Below, one piece after another: positions 57,090 to 64,000 of a stretch of 64,000 nucleotides of DNA (position 1 is its first letter; every line of letters begins with the position of its first letter). The notes under the pieces are model-generated. The model searched no databases. It was not told the origin of the DNA and worked only from the letters and a program-made list of their open reading frames with translations. Source of the stretch: Staphylococcus phage VB_SavM_JYL01; the sequence record MH159197.1; one strand, 5' to 3'. A program made the position numbers and the translations under genes.

Positions 57090-57464
57090 ATGGCTAGACA
57101 ATTTGATATTGGTAGAGACGAAATAGTATTACACCTTAGAGATGGTAAATATATTACAGGATTTACAACGGCAGGAGCTTATGATGAAGACTTTGGTCAG
57201 GTTAAGGTTAATAGAGAAATTTTACCTGCTTACTTCTTTGATAACTTTGCTCTTGATAGATATCTATACTATAAAAAACCGGAAGAGGTTATAGAGAATA
57301 AAAACTATGTACCTCCTCAAATTAATAATAGTGATGAGGAATCTCAACAAAATACTGTACCTAAAGAACAATATGATAGTTTAAAAGAAGAGCTAGAACT
57401 TATGAGACAGCAACAAGAAGCTATGATGAAAATGCTTCAACAACTCTTAGGTCAAAAGGGGTAA
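57090..57464 (+). CDS. small protein between the two fiber genes (fiber assembly/chaperone candidate)
   Basis: Position only. Confidence 0.4.
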   Translation: MARQFDIGRDEIVLHLRDGKYITGFTTAGAYDEDFGQVKVNREILPAYFFDNFALDRYLYYKKPEEVIENKNYVPPQINNSDEESQQNTVPKEQYDSLKEELELMRQQQEAMMKMLQQLLGQKG

Positions 57465-57470
57465 TAATAA

Positions 57471-58847
57471 ATGGCATTAAATTTTACTACAATAACGGAA
57501 AACAATGTTATTAGAGACCTGACTATTCAGGTCAATAACATTGGAGAAGAATTAACAAAAGAAAGAAATATATTTGACATTACGGATGATTTAGTTTATA
57601 ATTTTAATAAATCACAAAAAGTTAAATTAACAGATGATAAGGGTTTATCTAAATCTTATGGGAATATAACTGTAATTAGGGATATAAAAGAACCAGGTTA
57701 TTATTATATAAATGCAAGAACATTAGCTACATTATTAGATAAACCTGATATGGAATCAATAGATGTTTTACTTCATGTACTACCTTTAGATTCATCTACT
57801 AGAGTAGTACAGCATATATATACATTGTCTACTAATAACAATCAAATTAAGACATTATATAGGTTTGTTTCGGGAAACTCTAGTTCAGAATGGCAGTTTA
57901 TAACTGGATTACCTAGTAATAAAAATGCTGTTATTTCAGGAACTAATATCCTGGATATATCTTCACCAGGTATTTACTTTGTTATGGGAATGACAGGAGG
58001 AATGCCAAAAGGTGTAAGTTCGGGATTTTTAGATTTGAATATAGATGCTAATGATAATAGATTAGCTAAGTTAACTGATTCTGAAACAGGTAAAGAATAC
58101 ACTAGTATTAAAAAACCTACAGGTGTATACACAGAGTGGAAAAAAGAATTAGAACCTCAAGATATGCAAAAATATTTATTAAGTAGTATCAGGGATGATG
58201 GTAGTGCATCTTTCCCATTACTTGTGTACACTAGTGATAATAAGACTTTTCAACAGGCTGTTATAGACCATATAGATAGAACAGGGCAAACAACCTTTAC
58301 CTTTTATGTTCAAGGTGGTGTGACAGGTTCTCCTATGTCTAATAGCTGTAGAGGATTATTCATGTCAGATACACCTAATACATCTAGTTTACATGGTGTT
58401 TATAATGCAGTAGGTACTGATGGTAGAAATGTAACAGGCTCAGTAGTAGGTAGTAGTTGGACTTTTCCTAAAACATCACCGTCACATAAAGAATTATGGA
58501 CGGGAGCACAATCATTCTTATCCACAGGTACTACTAAGAATTTAGCAGATGATATTAGTAATTATTCTTATGTAGAAGTTTATACTAAACATAAGACATC
58601 AGAGAAAACTAAAGGTAATGATGATACAGGTACAATTTGTCATAAATTTTATCTAGACGGTAGTGGTACCTACGTTTGCTCAGGTACATTTGTATCAGGA
58701 GATAGAACCGATACAAAACCACCAATTACAGAATTTTATAGAGTAGGTGTATCCTTTAAAGGTTCAACATGGACTCTTGTAGATAGCGCAGTGCAAAATA
58801 GTAAAACTCAATATGTTACAAGAATTATAGGTATTAATATGCCATAG
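57471..58847 (+). CDS. receptor-binding protein candidate 2 (458 aa)
   Basis: N-terminal MALNFTTITENNV...VNNIGEEL is paralogous to the N-terminus of the 55154 gene. Confidence 0.6.
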   Translation: MALNFTTITENNVIRDLTIQVNNIGEELTKERNIFDITDDLVYNFNKSQKVKLTDDKGLSKSYGNITVIRDIKEPGYYYINARTLATLLDKPDMESIDVLLHVLPLDSSTRVVQHIYTLSTNNNQIKTLYRFVSGNSSSEWQFITGLPSNKNAVISGTNILDISSPGIYFVMGMTGGMPKGVSSGFLDLNIDANDNRLAKLTDSETGKEYTSIKKPTGVYTEWKKELEPQDMQKYLLSSIRDDGSASFPLLVYTSDNKTFQQAVIDHIDRTGQTTFTFYVQGGVTGSPMSNSCRGLFMSDTPNTSSLHGVYNAVGTDGRNVTGSVVGSSWTFPKTSPSHKELWTGAQSFLSTGTTKNLADDISNYSYVEVYTKHKTSEKTKGNDDTGTICHKFYLDGSGTYVCSGTFVSGDRTDTKPPITEFYRVGVSFKGSTWTLVDSAVQNSKTQYVTRIIGINMP

Positions 58848-58876
58848 ACTAGGAAACTTATCCTAGTCTTTTTTTC
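58848..58876 (+). terminator. intrinsic terminator ending the structural module
   Basis: Hairpin gactagga/tcctagtc followed by a T7 run. Confidence 0.7.
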
Positions 58877-58877
58877 T

Positions 58878-58906
58878 TGACTTGAGAAGGATTATGTGAT
58901 ATACTA
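58878..58906 (+). promoter_or_regulatory. sigma-A-type promoter TTGACT-17-TATACT for the replication genes
   Basis: Seen in sequence. Confidence 0.55.
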
Positions 58907-58936
58907 TAACTCGTGTAAGGATATAAGGAGATTAAA

Positions 58937-60685
58937 ATGAGATTAAGAATTAAGAACTTATATACCTATGTAGAATTTGAGGAGGATGATAAATACTTAA
59001 AAGATATATTTTTAAAGAGAGTTCATACGACTATAGGAGCAAGGCAGGAGGGATTCCAGTATAGCCCTGCTTACAAAAGAGGTAGTTGGGATGGGTATGT
59101 AGACTTTTATGTTTATGAAGAAGATAAATTTCCCACTGGACTTTTATTTAAGATTGAGTTATTATTAGGGGAGTTACAATCAAGATATAACTTCCAGTTT
59201 GAAACAATTGATGAGCGTGATGAAAGTTTCTTAGCTGAGGAAGATATTGATGATGAAATAACATTACTTGATAATAATATTGGTCAAATTACTTTAAGAG
59301 ATTACCAATATGAAGCAGTATATAATAGCTTAACATTTTACAATGGTATTGCTCACTTAGCCACTAACGGAGGTAAAACGGAAGTTGCTAGTGGTATTAT
59401 AGACCAACTATTACCTCAGTTAGAAAAAGGAGAAAGAGTAGCATTTTTCACAGGCTCTACAGAGATATTCCATCAATCTGCAGATAGATTAAGAGAACGT
59501 TTAAATATTCCTATAGGTAAAGTTGGTGCAGGTAAGTTTGATGTTAAGCAGGTTACAGTTGTAATGATACCTACATTGAATGCAAACCTTAAAGACCCTA
59601 CACAAGGGGTTAAGGTTACACCTAAACAAAATATTAGTAAAAAAATTGCACAAGAGATATTACCTAAATTTGAAGGTGGTACAAACCAAAAGAAATTATT
59701 AAAAGTATTACTTGATAATACAACACCTAAAACAAAAGTAGAACAAAATGTATTAAATGTTTTAGAATTAATTTACCAAAATAGTAAAACTGATGCAGAG
59801 GTCTTGTTAAACTTAAAAAAACATAATGCACATTTCCAAAAAGTTGTTAGAGAAAAGAATGAAAAGAAATATGATAAATATCAAGATATGAGAGACTTTT
59901 TAGATTCAGTGACTGTTATGATAGTTGATGAAGCACATCACTCTAAATCAGATTCGTGGTATAATAATCTAATGACATGTGAAAAAGCTTTGTATAGGAT
60001 TGCATTAACGGGTTCTATAGATAAAAAAGATGAATTACTATGGATGAGATTGCAGGCTCTATTTGGTAATGTTATTGCACGAACTACTAATAAGTTTTTA
60101 ATTGATGAAGGTCATTCTGCTAGACCAACAATAAATATTATACCTGTAGCTAATCCTAATGACATAGATAGAATTGATGATTACAGGGAAGCTTATGATA
60201 AAGGTATAACAAATAATGATTTTAGAAATAAACTTATTGCAAAACTAACAGAAAAGTGGTATAATCAAGATAAAGGGACATTGATTATTGTAAACTTCAT
60301 CGAACATGGAGATACAATATCAGAAATGTTAAATGATTTAGATGTAGAGCACTACTTCTTACATGGAGAAATAGACTCTGAAACTCGTAGAGAAAAATTA
60401 AATGATATGAGAAGTGGTAAGCTTAAAGTAATGATAGCTACATCACTTATTGATGAGGGTGTAGATATATCCGGTATTAATGCGCTAATATTAGGTGCAG
60501 GAGGTAAATCGTTAAGACAAACATTACAACGTATTGGTCGTGCGTTACGTAAGAAGAAAGACGATAATACAACACAAATATTTGATTTTAATGATATGAC
60601 AAATAGATTTTTATATACTCATGCTAATGAGCGTAGGAAAATTTATGAAGAGGAAGATTTTGAAATAAAAGACTTAGGAAAATAG
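58937..60685 (+). CDS. SF2 DNA helicase (DEAH box), uninterrupted
   Basis: Walker A ATNGGKTEVA and a DEAH box in MIVDEAHHS. Confidence 0.8.
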   Translation: MRLRIKNLYTYVEFEEDDKYLKDIFLKRVHTTIGARQEGFQYSPAYKRGSWDGYVDFYVYEEDKFPTGLLFKIELLLGELQSRYNFQFETIDERDESFLAEEDIDDEITLLDNNIGQITLRDYQYEAVYNSLTFYNGIAHLATNGGKTEVASGIIDQLLPQLEKGERVAFFTGSTEIFHQSADRLRERLNIPIGKVGAGKFDVKQVTVVMIPTLNANLKDPTQGVKVTPKQNISKKIAQEILPKFEGGTNQKKLLKVLLDNTTPKTKVEQNVLNVLELIYQNSKTDAEVLLNLKKHNAHFQKVVREKNEKKYDKYQDMRDFLDSVTVMIVDEAHHSKSDSWYNNLMTCEKALYRIALTGSIDKKDELLWMRLQALFGNVIARTTNKFLIDEGHSARPTINIIPVANPNDIDRIDDYREAYDKGITNNDFRNKLIAKLTEKWYNQDKGTLIIVNFIEHGDTISEMLNDLDVEHYFLHGEIDSETRREKLNDMRSGKLKVMIATSLIDEGVDISGINALILGAGGKSLRQTLQRIGRALRKKKDDNTTQIFDFNDMTNRFLYTHANERRKIYEEEDFEIKDLGK

Positions 60686-60696
60686 GAGGGTAAGAG

Positions 60697-62310
60697 ATGG
60701 CAACAAGAACACAACGAAAGTTATACCAATATCTAGAAGAAAATGCTACAGAAAATAAATTTCATATTTCTACTAAGAAAGAGTTAGCAGATTCTCTAGG
60801 CGTTTCCATCTCTGCTTTATCCAATAACCTTAAAAAGTTAGAAGAAGAAAATAAAGTTGTTACTGTTTCTAAAAGAGGAAAAAATGGTGGAGTAATAATA
60901 ACTTTAGTTAGGGAATATGACACAGAAGAATTGAAAGAATTTAATAATTCTACAGATAATATCATTACTTCTGATTTACAGTATGCTAAAGCATTAAGAG
61001 AAAAGCACTTTCCTTCTTATAGATACGAGAGGAAAGAACAGCGTAGACGTACTAAGTTAGAAATGGCACAGTATAATGCTATTAAAGATGAAAAGAGAAG
61101 AATTATAGCAGATATGAACTTTCATTCAGAAGGTCTTCCTTATCCTTCTAAAGATATATTTAATATGTCTTATGACCCGGAAGGATTTTATAAAGCATAC
61201 ATTCTATGTAAGTTATATGACCAATATGCTATTTCTCATATGGATGCTAAACATACAAGCCATCTTAAAGCAATGAGTAAGGCAACAACTAAAGATGAAT
61301 ATGATTACCATCAACATATGTCTGAATACTATAGAAATAAAATGATTCAAAATTTACCTAGAAATAGTGTTAGTGATAATTTCTTCGGTAGTAAAATGTT
61401 TAATACTTTCTATAATTTTTATTTAAAAATAAAAGATAAAAATATTAATGTATTTAAATATATGCAAAACGTATTTAAGAATGTAACATTTTATTATGAG
61501 AATGGTATGCAACCTAATCCAATACCTTCTCCTAACTTCTTTAGTTCAGATAAGTATTTTAAAAACTATAATAATTATATTAAAGGAATAAAAAAAGGTG
61601 TTAATAGTACAAATAGACACTTAGGGGATACAGATAGTATTATTAATTCATCAGATTATGTTAAGAACCCTGCTGTATTACATTTACATCAATTATATAC
61701 TACAGGATTAAATTCTACTTTACATGATATTGATACTATGTTTGAGCAAGCCTTAGACCTTGAGAATGCTTCTTATGGACTATTTGGAGATATGAAACAT
61801 ATTATTTTACTACAATATAATTCTATGATTGAAGAAGAAATTAAGAACTTACCTACAGAAGAGAAAAGTATTATTAATAAATATGTAAAACAATGCATAA
61901 TTAATGATTACTCCCCAACAAGCATATCACCATCTGCAAGATTATCAATGTTTACTATGCAGAAAGAGCATATAGTTTATAATAAACAGTTAAACAGAGG
62001 AATCAAGAGAGAAGATTTATTACCATTAAGTCTAGGAGGTATAGTGAATAAAGATTCACTAAGTGGTATGGATATACAAAACTTAGAGCAGAATGGTAAT
62101 GAGTACCTATATATGAGACAACATACTTCAACTTATTATATACTAAGAATGTTTGGTGATTATCTAGGATATGAAGTAAACTTAAGAGAAGTAAAATATA
62201 TTGTAGAGAAATATAATTTAATTGATAAAATACCATTGACAAAAGAGGGTATGTTGGATTATAATAAACTTATACATTTAGTAGAGGAAGAGGTTAATAA
62301 CTATGAGTAA
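60697..62310 (+). CDS. Rep-like replication initiation protein with N-terminal winged HTH
   Basis: ISTKKELADSLGVSISALSNNLKKLEEENKV. Position between two helicase genes. Confidence 0.55.
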   Translation: MATRTQRKLYQYLEENATENKFHISTKKELADSLGVSISALSNNLKKLEEENKVVTVSKRGKNGGVIITLVREYDTEELKEFNNSTDNIITSDLQYAKALREKHFPSYRYERKEQRRRTKLEMAQYNAIKDEKRRIIADMNFHSEGLPYPSKDIFNMSYDPEGFYKAYILCKLYDQYAISHMDAKHTSHLKAMSKATTKDEYDYHQHMSEYYRNKMIQNLPRNSVSDNFFGSKMFNTFYNFYLKIKDKNINVFKYMQNVFKNVTFYYENGMQPNPIPSPNFFSSDKYFKNYNNYIKGIKKGVNSTNRHLGDTDSIINSSDYVKNPAVLHLHQLYTTGLNSTLHDIDTMFEQALDLENASYGLFGDMKHIILLQYNSMIEEEIKNLPTEEKSIINKYVKQCIINDYSPTSISPSARLSMFTMQKEHIVYNKQLNRGIKREDLLPLSLGGIVNKDSLSGMDIQNLEQNGNEYLYMRQHTSTYYILRMFGDYLGYEVNLREVKYIVEKYNLIDKIPLTKEGMLDYNKLIHLVEEEVNNYE

Positions 62311-63745
62311 GAAGATAAAGGAGCTTATCCTTCATAAATCAATGAAGGATATACATTTTGCAAGAGAAGTACTAGATAACTTACCTAAGAACCTATTTTC
62401 AGCAGAATCTGAAGATATGGGTTACTTATTTACAGCTATAAAAAGAACAGCACATATTTCCGATAAGATGTCTAATGAAGCATTAGCAATTAAAGTAGAA
62501 CAGCTTATGGGAAATAATAAGGAAGATGAAGAAAAAGTAACCAAGACATTGACTTACTTAGAAGATTTATATAAAGTAGATGTTAATGAAAAAGATGAAT
62601 CTGTTAATTATGAAATAGAGAAATATATTAAAACAGAAATGTCTAAGGAAGTATTAGTTAAGTTTATTGCAGAAAATAAACAAGAAGACTCAGACAATTT
62701 ACATGAACTTGTAGATAAATTAAAACAAATAGAAGTAAGTGATATTTCAGGAGGTAACGGAGAATTTATTGATTTCTTCGAAGACACTGAAAAGAAACAA
62801 GAATTATTAAGTAATTTAGCTACAAATAAATTCTCTACAGGATTTAACTCTATTGATAATCATATTGAAGGTGGTATAGCAAGAGGAGAGGTTGGATTAA
62901 TTATAGCTCCAACTGGTAGAGGTAAATCATTAATGGCTTCTAACTTAGCTAAAAATTATGTGAAGAGTGGATTAAGTGTTTTATATATTGCATTAGAGGA
63001 AAAAATGGATAGAATGGTATTACGTGCAGAGCAACAAATGGCAGGAGCAGAAAAAAGCCAAATTGTAAACCAAGACATGTCTTTAAACAGTAAAGTTTAT
63101 GATGCAATACAAAACCATTATCAGAAGAATAGAAAGTTACTAGGTGACTTTTATATTTCTAAACATATGCCAGGAGAAGTTACACCAAACCAACTAGAGC
63201 AAATTATTGTTAATACAACAATCAAGAAAGATAAGCATATTGATGTTGTTATTATTGACTACCCTCACTTGATGAGAAATCCATATGCTAAATATCACTC
63301 AGAATCAGATGCAGGAGGAAAACTGTTTGAAGATATTCGTAGATTATCACAGCAATATGGGTTTGTATGTTGGACTTTAGCTCAGACCAACCGTGGAGCT
63401 TATGGTTCAGATGTTATTACAAGTGAGCATGTAGAAGGTTCTCGTAAGATTGTCAATGCTGTTGAGGTTTCTCTAGCAGTAAACCAAAAAGATGAAGAAT
63501 TCAAGAGTGGTTTCCTAAGATTATACTTAGATAAAATTCGTAACAGTTCTAATACAGGGGAACGATTTGTTAATCTTAAGGTAGAACCAACTAAGATGAT
63601 TGTAAGAGATGAAACACCGGAAGAAAAACAAGAACATATACAGCTATTATCTGACAATGGAAAAGAAGATACAAGTAAATTCCAAAATAAAGATAATAAA
63701 ATAGAAGCTATAAATAACACATTCGGAGGATTACCGGGAGTTTAA
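62303..63745 (+). CDS. DnaB-like replicative helicase / RecA-fold ATPase
   Basis: Walker A GLIIAPTGRGKS and Walker B VVIIDYPHLM. Confidence 0.7.
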   Translation: MSKKIKELILHKSMKDIHFAREVLDNLPKNLFSAESEDMGYLFTAIKRTAHISDKMSNEALAIKVEQLMGNNKEDEEKVTKTLTYLEDLYKVDVNEKDESVNYEIEKYIKTEMSKEVLVKFIAENKQEDSDNLHELVDKLKQIEVSDISGGNGEFIDFFEDTEKKQELLSNLATNKFSTGFNSIDNHIEGGIARGEVGLIIAPTGRGKSLMASNLAKNYVKSGLSVLYIALEEKMDRMVLRAEQQMAGAEKSQIVNQDMSLNSKVYDAIQNHYQKNRKLLGDFYISKHMPGEVTPNQLEQIIVNTTIKKDKHIDVVIIDYPHLMRNPYAKYHSESDAGGKLFEDIRRLSQQYGFVCWTLAQTNRGAYGSDVITSEHVEGSRKIVNAVEVSLAVNQKDEEFKSGFLRLYLDKIRNSSNTGERFVNLKVEPTKMIVRDETPEEKQEHIQLLSDNGKEDTSKFQNKDNKIEAINNTFGGLPGV

Positions 63746-63763
63746 ATTTTTACTATATACCAC

Positions 63764-63792
63764 TTGACATTTTATATGTTAGGTGGTATAAT
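63764..63792 (+). promoter_or_regulatory. perfect sigma-A consensus promoter TTGACA-17-TATAAT
   Basis: Seen in sequence. Confidence 0.6.
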
Positions 63793-63833
63793 TATTTTAT
63801 AAAGAATAAAAGGAGAGATTAATATGAAAATTA

Positions 63834-64000
63834 AACAAATATTACCTAGTAATAATCCAAACAAATATCACCTTTTGATTGAGAGCAAGCTAATACCTAG
63901 TTACTACTCAACAAGAGATGATGTTTATAATGATTATTATGATTTAAATCTATATGGTATGTTTGATGATAGTGAAAATTTATTATGTTCATGTGCAATA
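63834..64000 (+). CDS. 5' part of a gene continuing beyond the window
   Basis: AAAGGAGAG SD. The ORF runs to the window edge. Confidence 0.5.

Overview
This 64-kb window looks like part of the genome of a large virulent Staphylococcus myophage of the Twort-like/Kayvirus type (Herelleviridae). I base that on several things read directly from the translations. There is a LysK-like CHAP-amidase-SH3b endolysin next to a holin, and a tRNA cluster. The terminase large subunit, 563-aa portal, HK97-type prohead protease and 463-aa major capsid protein are present. A 587-aa tail sheath, tail tube and ~1350-aa tape-measure protein with a lysozyme-like domain follow. The tail module also carries an 810-aa CHAP tail lysin, an 848-aa glycerophosphodiesterase tail protein, a baseplate gene block and two receptor-binding-protein-like genes. 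The window ends in a helicase, a Rep-like protein and a DnaB-like replication gene.

Layout: bases 1-14000 are a leftward (minus-strand) early/accessory arm. It encodes a LysM mini-protein, a PnuC-like transporter, a nucleoside deoxyribosyltransferase-like enzyme, a ligase, PhoH, RNase H and an HTH regulator. It also encodes a secreted IsaA-like transglycosylase, an SPFH/NfeD-like pair, the lysis cassette and the tRNAs. Nearly every unit sits between a textbook sigma-A promoter (TTGACA-N17-TATAAT) and a hairpin terminator. From 14.1 kb rightward lies the plus-strand packaging, head, tail, baseplate and fiber module, followed by replication genes.

A 10-mer, TGTTATATTA, recurs upstream of the lysis, capsid, tape-measure and fiber transcription units. 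I interpret it as the late-promoter element.

The most unusual loci are these:
- a ~1.3-kb ORF-free, hairpin-rich region carrying three tRNAs downstream of two consensus promoters, including a discrete promoter-plus-hairpin small-RNA candidate;
- two ~131-bp direct repeats;
- a ~1.5-kb island of small genes, each with its own host-type promoter, wedged between the tail-tube terminator and the late promoter of the tape-measure operon. Its genes include tandem lysine-rich mini-proteins, a two-TM hydrophobic peptide and a 150-aa protein.

I saw no CRISPR array, integrase, transposase or homing endonuclease. The lysin, terminase and helicase genes are uninterrupted.

Motif-level coordinates that I counted by hand may be off by 1-2 nt. 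CDS coordinates come from the supplied ORF track, adjusted where noted.
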